Source: Meiothermus sp. (lineage in GTDB: Bacteria > Deinococcota > Deinococci > Deinococcales > Thermaceae). From it: a stretch of DNA of 64,000 nucleotides. How positions within the stretch are numbered: the stretch's first letter is position 1; each line of letters starts with the position of its first letter. The stretch spans positions 1 to 64,000 of the forward strand of contig JANRLD010000072.1 in assembly GCA_033762915.1 (NCBI GenBank), given 5' to 3'. Position numbers and translations under genes: made by a program. Below the pieces are notes generated by a model. That model worked only from the letters and a program-made list of their open reading frames with translations, did not search any database and was not told the origin of the DNA. Shown here piece by piece: positions 28,876 through 39,998 of the stretch.

Positions 28876-30519
28876 TTACTGCGCGGTGCCTACACTTTTT
28901 TGGTTTCTCCTGTACTCAAGCGCCGCCGCCACAAACCCGCTGAACGGCGGAGACACCCGCATCGGACGGCTGCCCAGCTCGGGATGAGCCTGGAGGCCGA
29001 TGTAGAAGGGGTGATTCGGCAGCTCAATGGCCTCGACCAGCCCCTCCCCGCGCCCATGTACGCCGGGTGTGACGGCGGAAACGGTCAGTCCGCTCTCGAT
29101 CAGGCGGCCCACATATTCGGGATTAACCTCGTAGCGGTGGCGATGGCGCTCCATCACCAGCTCCTTGCCGTACAGCCGGTACAGCAGGGTTTCGGGGTGA
29201 ATCCGCATGGGCCAGTTGCCCAGGCGCATGGTGCCCCCCAGGCCGTCGACCTCGAGCTGTTCCGGCATCAGGTCGATCACCTTGTGCGGGGCATAGGGGT
29301 CAAACTCAGTCGAGTTGGCCCCCTCGAGGCCCAGAACGTTTCTGGCATACTCGATCACCGAGATCTGCAGACCCAGGCAGATGCCAAAGTAAGGGAGGTT
29401 GTTCTCGCGGGCGTAGCGCGCGCAGGTGATCTTGCCCTCGATGCCCCGAATCCCGAAGCCCGGCCCCATCAGCACCCCGTCCACACCCCGCAGCGCCTCG
29501 ACGGCCTCGGCGTAGCCGGTGATCTCCTCGGAATTGACCCACTTCACGTTCACCCGTGTGTCGTGCGCTATTCCCGCGTGGCGGAAACCCTCGAGAATCG
29601 AGATGTAGGCGTCCGGCATCTTCACGTATTTACCCACAAAGGCCACGGTGACCTCGTTGGTGGGGTGCTTAAGCTTGCGGACAGCGTTCTGCCAAAAGGT
29701 TAGGCTGGGCTGGATGGGCTCGAGGGCCAGCTTCTTCTCTACTAAGCGCCCCAGGCCCTGCTCCTCGAAAATCAGAGGCACCTCGTAAAGGTGCTGCACG
29801 GTGGGGCTGCTGAATACCTCACTCGGCCGCACGTTGGTGAAGAGTGCGACCTTCTTGCGCACCTCTTCGGGCACCAGCTTGTCGCTGCGCAGCACCAGCA
29901 GGTTGGGCGCGATGCCCACGCCGCGTAGGGCCGATACCGAGTGCTGGGTCGGCTTTGTCTTGAACTCCTCGGAAGTGGGGAGATAGGGCACCAGGGTCAG
30001 GTGCAGGTACATCACATCGTCGTCGTTCTCGTCGAACTGGAACTGGCGAATGGCCTCCAAAAAGGGCAGGCTCTCGATGTCGCCCACCGTGCCCCCCACC
30101 TCCACCACCACGATCTCGGCGTTCTGCTCGGCGGCGGTGCGGCGGATGCGGTCTTTGATCTCGTCGGTGATATGGGGGATCACTTGCACGGTCTGTGAGA
30201 GGTACTCTCCGCGCCGCTCTTTCTGGATCACACTCTGGTAAATCTGTCCGGTGGTGATGTTGTTGGCCCGGCTGAGGTCGATGTCTAAGAAGCGCTCGTA
30301 GTTTCCGATGTCCAGGTCGGTCTCGGCCCCGTCGCCGGTAACGAACACCTCGCCGTGCTCGTAGGGGCGCATGGTTCCGGCGTCGAGGTTGATGTAGGGA
30401 TCGATCTTGATTGCCGTCACCCGGTACCCGCGCCCCCGCAGAATGGCCCCCAGCGAGGCGGTGAGGATGCCCTTGCCCAAGCTGCTCACGACCCCGCCCG
30501 TAACAAAGATGTACTTCAT
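28876..30519 (-). CDS. pyrG: CTP synthase
   Basis: MKYIFVTGGVVSSLGKG, KTKPTQHSV, GICLG and ERHRHRYEVN motifs. Confidence 0.98.
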   Translation of the reverse strand: MKYIFVTGGVVSSLGKGILTASLGAILRGRGYRVTAIKIDPYINLDAGTMRPYEHGEVFVTGDGAETDLDIGNYERFLDIDLSRANNITTGQIYQSVIQKERRGEYLSQTVQVIPHITDEIKDRIRRTAAEQNAEIVVVEVGGTVGDIESLPFLEAIRQFQFDENDDDVMYLHLTLVPYLPTSEEFKTKPTQHSVSALRGVGIAPNLLVLRSDKLVPEEVRKKVALFTNVRPSEVFSSPTVQHLYEVPLIFEEQGLGRLVEKKLALEPIQPSLTFWQNAVRKLKHPTNEVTVAFVGKYVKMPDAYISILEGFRHAGIAHDTRVNVKWVNSEEITGYAEAVEALRGVDGVLMGPGFGIRGIEGKITCARYARENNLPYFGICLGLQISVIEYARNVLGLEGANSTEFDPYAPHKVIDLMPEQLEVDGLGGTMRLGNWPMRIHPETLLYRLYGKELVMERHRHRYEVNPEYVGRLIESGLTVSAVTPGVHGRGEGLVEAIELPNHPFYIGLQAHPELGSRPMRVSPPFSGFVAAALEYRRNQKSVGTAQ

Positions 30520-30708
30520 AAAAACCTCCGCCGTGCGCTAAACGCCAAGCGTCTAACGTCGGAACGTCTGTGTCTTGTCAAAGCACCCAAGCCCTTCGAC
30601 CGGGCGGCTTAGCTATTACGGGATTTGAGCTTACCACTTTCTGGCTGAGAAGTTCAAACGTGTTCCGGGGTTCGACGGATCGCCGAAGGTGTGCTATCCT
30701 CTCCTTTG

Positions 30709-30809
30709 CGTCCTCGGTCTGACGCGGCGTACCAGCGTGAACCGGGTCAGGGCCGGAAGGCAGCAGCCCTAAGCGCCACGGAACGGGTGCCGTCAGGAAG
30801 CCGGGGACG
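30709..30809 (+). ncRNA. ffs: Signal recognition particle RNA (4.5S)
   Basis: Helix-8 motif GTCAGGGCCGGAAGGCAGCAGCC. Complementary ends CGTCCTCGG / CCGGGGACG. TG-N-TATCCT -10 upstream and T-run downstream. Confidence 0.93.
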
Positions 30810-30920
30810 TTTTTCTTTTCTCCCAGCATTCTGCATCGAGTTCCCAAACTGCCGGCCTAAAGTTTGCCGTCAGATCCGATATTGCCCTCTAGAAAGCCTT
30901 CCCAGTTTTGTGCCACACGG

Positions 30921-31747
30921 CTAGGCCCTCGCCGCCAAAAACCGATCCACCGCCCAGTCGGGAAGTAGCCGCAGCAGGAGGGCGGCCATTTTTGCGTCCC
31001 GCCCCACCACATACCGGGTGCGGGGGTTGGGCGAGGTAAGGGCGTGTTCGACCGCCCGGGCTACCTCTTCAGGCGGGGAGCCCACCCCGTCCTGGGCACG
31101 GACGTAGCGCAGCAGACCCTCGAGTCGGGTGCCGTATAAGGCCAGGGCTTCTTGCGGCAGGCCCGCCCTCATCTCCTCCCCCCAGGCTGCGCCCTTTTTC
31201 CAGATGGGGGTGCGAATGTTGCCAGGCTCCACCACCGCGACATGCAGCCCCCAGGGTTTCAGCTCGCGCCGGAGCGAGTCCGAGAGGGCCTCGAGGGCGA
31301 ACTTCGAGGCCGAGTAAGCCCCGAAGAATGGGGCCGAGACCTTACCGGAAATCGAACTCATCATCACGATGCGGCCACTGGCCGGGCGCAGCAGCGGTAG
31401 AAAGGCCTGGGTGACCGCAATCTGACCGACGGTGTTGACCTCGAGGATCCGCCGTAGGTCCTCAAGGCCCATAAACTCCACCGGAGCCGATATGGCGATA
31501 CCTGCGTTGTTCACCAGGCCGTCCAGAGAGGGGCTCAAGTCCCGGACTTGCCGTACTGCGTCCGCCACCGAGGCGGCGTTGGTGACGTCGACAAACACCG
31601 GGGTTAGGCTACCCTTGGACTTCGCTACCAGCGCTTCGGCGTCTTGGGGCTTGCGTACTCCCGCGAAAACCCTAAACCCTCTGGCCTCGAGCCACAGTGC
31701 GCAGCTCACACCTATTCCAGTGGAGGCCCCAGTTACCAAGACTGATC

Positions 31748-31751
<4 letters not shown>
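30921..31751 (-). CDS. SDR-family oxidoreductase
   Basis: TGASTGIG, NNAG and YSASK motifs. Confidence 0.93.
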
Positions 31752-33538
<1,787 letters not shown>

Positions 33539-33629
33539 ACCCAACGGATGAACACTGAATGTAGCCCGTCTGGCTTGGCCCTGTCGCGCCAAACTCCCCC
33601 ACCCCCCTGCTATTCCTCAGCCTGCTTTG

Positions 33630-33851
33630 CTACTCTTCTTCTGCCTCGAGCTTTTTCAACAGCTCCTTAAGGCGCGTTTTCTGGTCGCCTTCTTCCATGC
33701 CGTCGGCCAATTTTTCGATGGCCAGGCGCACCACCTCCGACTTCGACACGAGCTGCTCGGGGCTGGAGAGCTCGTAGGCCAGCTTGGTCAGGAGCGCGTC
33801 CTGGTCGTCGCTGATCACCACTTGCAGGCGTTTTTTATCTTTCTTGGGCAT
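33630..33851 (-). CDS. Small ribbon-helix-helix-like DNA-binding protein, divergent from murA
   Basis: 73 aa: RLQVVIS beta-strand followed by ...SKSEVVRLAI helix pattern. Confidence 0.75.
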   Translation of the reverse strand: MPKKDKKRLQVVISDDQDALLTKLAYELSSPEQLVSKSEVVRLAIEKLADGMEEGDQKTRLKELLKKLEAEEE

Positions 33852-34015
33852 GGCTCACGCTTTCGGGAGGGTCGGGGTTTGTGGGTGTCGCCTGAAATGT
33901 TGCTCTCGCAGGATCTGCAAAACCATTACGATATACTCCGGGCACGGTTGGGTTTACGGTCACGAAGTAAACGTTTATGCGTTTCTGGCCTAACTTTAGC
34001 ACGTTATGTTTATGC

Positions 34016-34044
34016 TTGACAATAAGGGTTTTACTATCTATGCT
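34016..34044 (+). promoter_or_regulatory. Sigma70-type promoter for murA
   Basis: TTGACA-17 bp-TATGCT in an AT-rich intergenic region. Confidence 0.7.
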
Positions 34045-34100
34045 CATAGTGAGTATCATGTGTAAGGGCGTAAGCTAGATACTCCAGTACGTCAGGGGAG

Positions 34101-35396
34101 ATGACCATTGGTATGGAGAAAACCTTAGTTGTTCGGGGCGGAACACCGCTTAGGGGTGAGCTTCCGATTTTTCCCGCCAAGAATTCCGCCCTCAAACTGA
34201 TGGCCGCTAGTATCGTTACACCCGAGCCGGTCACCCTCAGCGAAGTCCCCCGCCTGCGCGACATTGATGTGCTCATCGAGCTGCTCTCCCACCTGGGTAC
34301 CCGCCATGCCTGGGAGGGCCGCACCCTCCATCTTCACACCCCCGAGATTCTGCGTACCGAAGCGCCCCTCGAGCTGGTCTCCAAGATGCGGGCCAGCTTC
34401 AATGTGCTGGGCGCTCTGGCGGCCCGTGCCGGTGAGGGCACGGTGCCCCTACCCGGCGGGTGCAACTTCGCCGAGCGGCCCGTAGACCAGCACATCAAGG
34501 CGCTGCGTGCGCTGGGCTTCGAAGTCAATACCGAGTACACCGAGCAGGGCGTGGCCTACACCGCCCGCCGGACCGGTCCGGCCCGTGGCCGCGTCGTCTA
34601 CGACCTCCCCACCCTGGGCGGCACCGAGCAGGCCCTGATGGCTGCGGCCCTGGGCGGAGACGCTGTCCTGGTCAACACTCCCCAGGAGCCCGAGATCGTA
34701 GATTTGTGCAGGTTCTTAACCTTGCTAGGCGCCGAGATCAAAGGCGTGGGCAGCAGCATCCTGCACATTAAGGGCAAGGCTAAACTGGGCGGCGGTACCT
34801 ACCGCCCGATCCCCGACCGCATCGAGGCCGGAACCTACCTCTTCGCCGCCGCAGCCTCTAAGGGTTCGGTGACCCTCTCCGACGTTGAGCCGTTCCACAT
34901 GGACGCCGTGCTGGACAAGCTGATGCAGGCCGGACACCGCGTAGTTACCGGTAAGAACTGGGTGCGGCTCGAGGCCACCCCTAACCCCCAGCCCTTCAAC
35001 ATCGAGGCACGCGAGTACCCCGGCTTTATCACCGATCTGCAGCCGGTGGCTTCGGCCTACCTCACCACCGTTCCCGGCACCTCGTTGGTTTCCGATCGCA
35101 TTTACCCCGACCGCTTCACCCACGCCTCTGAACTGGCCCGCATGGGTGCGGACGTGACCCTCAAAGAGCGCACCCTGATGATTCAGGGGCGGCCGCTGAG
35201 CGGAGCGGCGGTCGAGGCGCGCGACATCCGCGCCGGCGGTGGCCTGATTGTCGCCGCGCTGGCCGCCGAGGGCGAGAGCCACGTGGGCGGCATGCGCTTT
35301 ATCGAGCGCGGTTACGAGGACATCGAGAACCGCCTTAAGTCGCTAGGGGCAAGCGTAGGCGTGCAACGGCCCGAGCTGGCGCTGGCCGCGGACTGA
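34101..35396 (+). CDS. murA: UDP-N-acetylglucosamine 1-carboxyvinyltransferase
   Basis: AKNSAL, MRAS, LPGGC, PDRIEAGT, YPGFITDLQ and ERGYE motifs. Confidence 0.96.
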   Translation: MTIGMEKTLVVRGGTPLRGELPIFPAKNSALKLMAASIVTPEPVTLSEVPRLRDIDVLIELLSHLGTRHAWEGRTLHLHTPEILRTEAPLELVSKMRASFNVLGALAARAGEGTVPLPGGCNFAERPVDQHIKALRALGFEVNTEYTEQGVAYTARRTGPARGRVVYDLPTLGGTEQALMAAALGGDAVLVNTPQEPEIVDLCRFLTLLGAEIKGVGSSILHIKGKAKLGGGTYRPIPDRIEAGTYLFAAAASKGSVTLSDVEPFHMDAVLDKLMQAGHRVVTGKNWVRLEATPNPQPFNIEAREYPGFITDLQPVASAYLTTVPGTSLVSDRIYPDRFTHASELARMGADVTLKERTLMIQGRPLSGAAVEARDIRAGGGLIVAALAAEGESHVGGMRFIERGYEDIENRLKSLGASVGVQRPELALAAD

Positions 35397-35420
35397 CTAA
35401 CCGACCGGCTGAGTTAAACC

Positions 35421-35451
35421 AAAAACCGACGGGGTGATACCGTCGGTTTTG
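35421..35451. terminator. Bidirectional intrinsic terminator
   Basis: AAAAACCGACGG-GGTGATA-CCGTCGGTTTT. Confidence 0.85.
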
Positions 35452-35495
35452 TTTCATGTTTGGCTTATCGCCGTCTGCCACCCTTGGAGCACCGT

Positions 35496-36089
35496 TCAAT
35501 CCGAGAAGCGCTCCTCCTTCCAGGGGTCGCCCCGGCGGTGGTAGCCGTTGACCTCCCAGAAGCCAAGCTCTTCGTCGTTCAGGACTTCGAAGCCCCGAAT
35601 CCACTTGGCGCTTTTCCAGGCGTATAGGTGGGGGACAATCAGGCGCAGGGGTCCGCCGTGATCGCGGGGGATGGGCTCTCCAAATAGGGTGTGGGCCAGA
35701 AGGTTCTCTGGGAGCAACAAGTCGGCAAGCTCGAGGTTGGTGGTGTACCCGCCGTAACAGTGAATCAGGACAGCCTTTGCTGCGGGCCTGAGTTGCACCT
35801 GCGCGAACAGGTCCTGCACCTTGATGCCTGTCCACTGTACGTCGAGCTTGCTCCAGCGGGTCACGCAGTGGAAGTCGGCGGTCAGGTTGGTCTGAGGCAG
35901 GGCCTGCAGCCCCGCCCAGTCCCACTCTTGCTCGGCTTCGACCTGGCCCCAAATCTTGAAGCGCAGTTCCTCGGTCTTAACGGTGGGGGTGGGGCCGTAG
36001 GTGAGTACCGGGAAACGCTCGGTTAGGGTCTGGCCGGGCGGAACCCGCCCGCTGTCCTGCTGCTTGGGCTTGAACAGGTTGCCGAACAT
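35496..36089 (-). CDS. Sulfite oxidase-like molybdopterin oxidoreductase (YuiH-like)
   Basis: RVPPGQ, DFHCVTRWS, HGGPLRL, YAWKSAKW and GFWEVNGYH motifs. Confidence 0.92.
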   Translation of the reverse strand: MFGNLFKPKQQDSGRVPPGQTLTERFPVLTYGPTPTVKTEELRFKIWGQVEAEQEWDWAGLQALPQTNLTADFHCVTRWSKLDVQWTGIKVQDLFAQVQLRPAAKAVLIHCYGGYTTNLELADLLLPENLLAHTLFGEPIPRDHGGPLRLIVPHLYAWKSAKWIRGFEVLNDEELGFWEVNGYHRRGDPWKEERFSD

Positions 36090-36261
36090 GCACTCGAGTC
36101 TAGTGCCGTGCGGGGTTTGCCTGGGTAAGCATGAACACAGTAGGCCCAGAATCTGAAGTCGAGTACCAAGAGGTTGAAGAGCTAGACCGAAGGTGAAGGC
36201 AGTGCAGGACAACGTTCTCTGTGCGCCCTACACTTGAGGGCTGAAGTCGGGGCCTGTGACC

Positions 36262-36633
36262 TCACCCACGGGCCCACCGATAGGCCAACCAAACTGCCAG
36301 CAAGCCCAGCACAACGCTGCTCGAGACGTACAAGAGGGCCTTGTCCCAGCGGTTTTGCTCGATCATGGCAAGGGTTTCGTAGCTGAAGCTTGAAAATGTG
36401 GTGAAGCCGCCCAGTACGCCCACGGCCAGGAACAGCCGGGCGTTCTCGGAAAGCGGGCCGGTTTGAATCCCGGCCATCACCAGTCCGATAGCGAAGCTGC
36501 CCAGCACGTTGGCGGCCAGCGTCCACCAGGGAAAGCCGCCCGCCAGCCCCCAGCCCTGCATCCAGTGCGCCAGCCCGTACCGCAGCGCTGAGCCGACCGC
36601 ACCCCCCACCATCACCAGCAAAAGTCGTTCCAA
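36262..36633 (-). CDS. crcB: Fluoride efflux channel FluC
   Basis: GGAVGSALRY, FPWWTLAANVLG and GVLGGFTTFSSF motifs. Confidence 0.94.
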   Translation of the reverse strand: MERLLLVMVGGAVGSALRYGLAHWMQGWGLAGGFPWWTLAANVLGSFAIGLVMAGIQTGPLSENARLFLAVGVLGGFTTFSSFSYETLAMIEQNRWDKALLYVSSSVVLGLLAVWLAYRWARG

Positions 36634-36714
36634 GGCCAGGGCAGTTTACAGGATGGCGGGATGGTTATGGTGCAGGGAAACAAAAGGCGAACGCAGTAGC
36701 GCGAGCACTAATCT

Positions 36715-36818
36715 CCATAGTGGAATTGCAGCATCCGCACTCGCTGATGGATCGAGCAATTGCGCCCACAAGCCGCTCGCTGATAGGGCTGTGCTGAAGT
36801 CCTGCAATCTCACTATGG
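36715..36818. repeat. 104-bp segment bounded by 17-bp inverted repeats
   Basis: CCATAGTGGAATTGCAG (36715-31) vs CTGCAATCTCACTATGG (36802-18), 15/17 complementary. Confidence 0.55.
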
Positions 36819-36911
36819 CGCAACTTTGAAGGTACCACCAGAACCTCCAGACCCGTCGCACTGTTGTTGCCTACCCCTTACCCCCGTCGTTGCGGATACA
36901 ATCAGGCCCAA

Positions 36912-37502
36912 ATGCTGCGCGCAGTTTTCTTTGATATGGACGACACGGTGCTGGCGCCCAAGGGATTCAACCCCTGGGCGCGGTTTAAGGAGAGCCACGG
37001 GTTGCCGCAGGGGTTGCTGATTCTGGACGGCATCGCACTTCAGCCGCACGAACGACGGGCCGAGCTGCTCGAGGCCCTGCACCGCTACGAGCTCGAGCAG
37101 ATCGAGGCGTCCGAGTTGCGCGGGGGGATGGCGGAATTGCTGGCCGAACTGCGTGCACTGGGGGTGGCTACAGCGCTGCTCACCAACAACCACCGCCGCG
37201 CTACCGAGGTGGCCCTCCGGAGGCACGGCCTGGAGTTTTCTCTAGTCCTTACCCGTGACGAGGCCACCCCCAAGCCCGCCCCAGACCTACTGTTGGCGGC
37301 GCTCGGACACTTTGGCCTCGAGGCCCAGCAGGCCCTCTACGTCGGCGACTCGGAGGGGGATCTGCAGGCCTGCAATGCGGTTGGGGTTCCGGTTTGGTTC
37401 CTGGCGACCCCGCACAATCTACAGTTTTCCCCCCGCTTCGAGTACACTGACCATCTGCGGGAAGCGCTGCTTCCCAGAATCGTCGATCGAGCGGGTGTTT
37501 GA
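36912..37502 (+). CDS. HAD-family hydrolase
   Basis: FDMDDT, LLTNN, KPAP and YVGDS..D motifs. Confidence 0.92.
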   Translation: MLRAVFFDMDDTVLAPKGFNPWARFKESHGLPQGLLILDGIALQPHERRAELLEALHRYELEQIEASELRGGMAELLAELRALGVATALLTNNHRRATEVALRRHGLEFSLVLTRDEATPKPAPDLLLAALGHFGLEAQQALYVGDSEGDLQACNAVGVPVWFLATPHNLQFSPRFEYTDHLREALLPRIVDRAGV

Positions 37503-38035
37503 TGCGCTGGTGGATGGGGTTGGCAATCGTGGTCGTGGGGCTAATGCTGAGCCCCAAGGCGGTCTCGAGTGCTACCACCCATTCACAGGCGCAGTGGATC
37601 GTGGTGCTGGGTGCGGCGCAGTACAACGGCCAGCCGTCGCCCATTTTCAAGAACCGTCTCGAGGCTGCCCTGGCCCTATACCGCCAGAAGGCCGCGCCAA
37701 AAATAGCAGTGACCGGTGGCCGCAAACCGGGCGATAACTTTAGCGAGGGTCAGACCGGCTGCCGCTTCCTGATGGGTCGGGGTGTGCCACGCTCGGCGCT
37801 GTTATGTGAGACCAGCAGCCGGAGCACCTGGGAAAACCTCAGCAATATTCGCGCCCGGGTTGCGGGCGGGAGGGTGATTATCGTCACGGACGAGCCTCAT
37901 CTGCCCCGCGCCTTGATCCTGGCGGCGCACCTGGGCATCCGGGCCAGCGGCCACGCGGTCAAGGGCGAGTTCGCCACAGCCTATTGGCAACGCGAGAACT
38001 GGCTGGCGCTGCTGGCCAGGGTGGGGGTGTGGTGA
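37502..38035 (+). CDS. YdcF/DUF218-family protein
   Basis: IVVLGA, VTGG, ETSSRSTWEN and IVTDEPHLPRA motifs. Confidence 0.9.
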   Translation: MRWWMGLAIVVVGLMLSPKAVSSATTHSQAQWIVVLGAAQYNGQPSPIFKNRLEAALALYRQKAAPKIAVTGGRKPGDNFSEGQTGCRFLMGRGVPRSALLCETSSRSTWENLSNIRARVAGGRVIIVTDEPHLPRALILAAHLGIRASGHAVKGEFATAYWQRENWLALLARVGVW

Positions 38036-38068
38036 ACCCTTACCAGCCTCGGAAGATTTGAAGGGGGA

Positions 38069-38175
38069 CCTCAGAGCGGTTCCCACGCATATTCCCTACG
38101 GCGCTAAAACGGGCGGTTTTTGCTGAGTACATTGCCTGCAGCCGCGAGGGTGGTAAGGGTGGGAAACGCAATCAG
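38069..38175. repeat. MITE/REP-like palindromic element, copy 4
   Basis: CAGAGCGGTTCCCACGCATATTCCCTACGGC...GAGTACATTGCCTGCAGCCGCGAGGGTGGTAAGGGTGGGAAACGCAATCAG, between convergent genes. Confidence 0.8.
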
Positions 38176-38200
38176 TTTGTCCACAGCACCCGGGCGCATC

Positions 38201-39097
38201 TCAGGGGGTCTTCGCTGGAGCTGGCACCCGGCTCCTGAACACCAGCCCAACGCCGATTAAGACTAGAACCGCGCCCGCGACAGTCCACAAGGTGATACCC
38301 TCGCGCAGAACGAGCCAGCCCAGAATCGCGGTCAGGACCGGGTTGACGTAGGCGTAGGTCATCACGATGGCCAAGGGCAGCAGCCGTACCGCATAGATGT
38401 AGGAGGTATAGGCGACCCAGGAGCCCGCCACAATCAGATAAATCTGTGCCAACCAGCCTTGGGTCGAGGGGTTGGTCCACTGCTCGCCCAGTAGCGGTGC
38501 AATGAGCGCGAAGGCCAGACCGCCGAACAGCTGCTGGTAGCCCGAGACCACGACCGGCTCGAGCCCCAGGCTGGCCCGCTGGGTGATCACGCTACCGGTG
38601 GCCCAGCACATCGGCGAGAGCAGCAACAGAACGAAGGCCAGCAGGCTGGTCTGACTCGGCTCTACCAGCTTGGGCACCGATAGTACCCCAATTCCCACCA
38701 GACCCAGCACCAGTCCCAATACCAGCCAGGGCGAGGGCAGGCGGCGGTTGAGGTAGGCCTCGAGGCTGTTGGCCCAAATGGGAGAGGCCGCCACCATCAG
38801 AGCCTGGTAGTTGCTCGGCGCGTACTGCGCCGCGATCAGGATCAGCCCGTTACCGCCCACCCATAGCACCATTCCGGTGACAGAAAGCGTCTTGAACTCC
38901 TGCCAGCTCAGCCGGACCCGCATTTTTCGCCAGTAGGCAAAGGCCAGCAGGGCCAGCCCAGCTGGGATAAACCGCGCCGCGCCCATGATAAACGGCTCCC
39001 ACCCACCCTCAGGGCCAACCCCCAACCGGAAGGCCACGTATGTGCTGCTCCAGACGACATAGACGACGAGCAGATGCAGTAGTCCGGTTGGGTTCAT
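38201..39097 (-). CDS. EamA/DMT-family transporter
   Basis: About ten hydrophobic helices with VYVVWSSTY and YAYVNP motifs. Confidence 0.9.
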   Translation of the reverse strand: MNPTGLLHLLVVYVVWSSTYVAFRLGVGPEGGWEPFIMGAARFIPAGLALLAFAYWRKMRVRLSWQEFKTLSVTGMVLWVGGNGLILIAAQYAPSNYQALMVAASPIWANSLEAYLNRRLPSPWLVLGLVLGLVGIGVLSVPKLVEPSQTSLLAFVLLLLSPMCWATGSVITQRASLGLEPVVVSGYQQLFGGLAFALIAPLLGEQWTNPSTQGWLAQIYLIVAGSWVAYTSYIYAVRLLPLAIVMTYAYVNPVLTAILGWLVLREGITLWTVAGAVLVLIGVGLVFRSRVPAPAKTP

Positions 39098-39305
39098 GGA
39101 AGGGTAGCGTATGGAGGGTGCGGGTTCACAAAACTGGGGCGTGTCGTTCTGGTGCAGGGCTTCCGCCTATACCCTACACCCAAAGAGACTCTTTGGTTGA
39201 AATGCGACCTATTGCTGACCAACTCCGGCAAGGAAGTGCGCCCGGCAAATAGCTGCCGTATCCCCCAACTTTGCACCCCTACCGTGGCGCATATTGGACC
39301 ATCAT

Positions 39306-39923
39306 CTAAAACAGCGACTCCTGGCTCACGGTATTGATCGTCAGGTTGGGTTTTGGACCCAGCTCGTCGAGGGTCTTCTTGACGAGCTGGATGTCCTGCC
39401 ACGCGAGGTGCTTGGGGCTGCCGGGCTCCCTCGAGGGGTTGCGCAACAGGTAGGCCGGGTGGAACATCGGGAATATCTGGATGCCCTGCCACTCAAAGAA
39501 CTTGCCCCTGGCCTGGGTGATCGAGCGCTTCTCGCCGGCGAAGAACTCCAGCGCTGTGGCCCCGAGCGGGATGATGATCTGTGGCTTGACCAGCTCGAGC
39601 TGTCGGTTGAGCCATAGGCTGCTGCAGGTCTTGGCCTCAATCATCTCCGGTGTGCGGTTACCCGGCGGACGGCACTTAACGATGTTTGCGATATAGAGGG
39701 TCTCGCGGGGTAGGCCGGCGGCCTGGAGGATTTTGTCCAGCAGTTGCCCGCTGCGCCCCACGAACGGGCGGCCTTGCAGGTCTTCGTCCTCGCCCGGGGC
39801 CTCACCCACGATCATCAACTTGGCGTCGGGGTTGCCCTCGCCGAAGACGACATGGGTGCGTCCCTGGGCCAGTGCGCAGGCAGAGCAGGTGCGGGACTGT
39901 GCAGCCAGAAGTTCGAGGTTCAT
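39306..39923 (-). CDS. Uracil-DNA glycosylase, family 4 (Fe-S), canonical
   Basis: CSAC, GEAPG, GRPFVG, VKCRPP, fourth Cys (KTC) and HPAYLLR are all intact. Confidence 0.95.
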   Translation of the reverse strand: MNLELLAAQSRTCSACALAQGRTHVVFGEGNPDAKLMIVGEAPGEDEDLQGRPFVGRSGQLLDKILQAAGLPRETLYIANIVKCRPPGNRTPEMIEAKTCSSLWLNRQLELVKPQIIIPLGATALEFFAGEKRSITQARGKFFEWQGIQIFPMFHPAYLLRNPSREPGSPKHLAWQDIQLVKKTLDELGPKPNLTINTVSQESLF

Positions 39924-39998
39924 GGAGGGATCGTGGGAGGAAGCTATCGCGGGGGTCGGGGGCAAACGAACCTACACCTTATACCTTAATTTTGCGTA

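Noticed and set aside
33960..34080. Deinococcal RDRM (DdrO) operator
   Set aside because: TTATG-containing segments do not form the 17-bp palindrome.
36634..36911. Fluoride riboswitch upstream of crcB
   Set aside because: No GGCGATGG...CGCC / GCTGATG arrangement on the crcB strand. A TAAACT box near the start suggests little or no leader.
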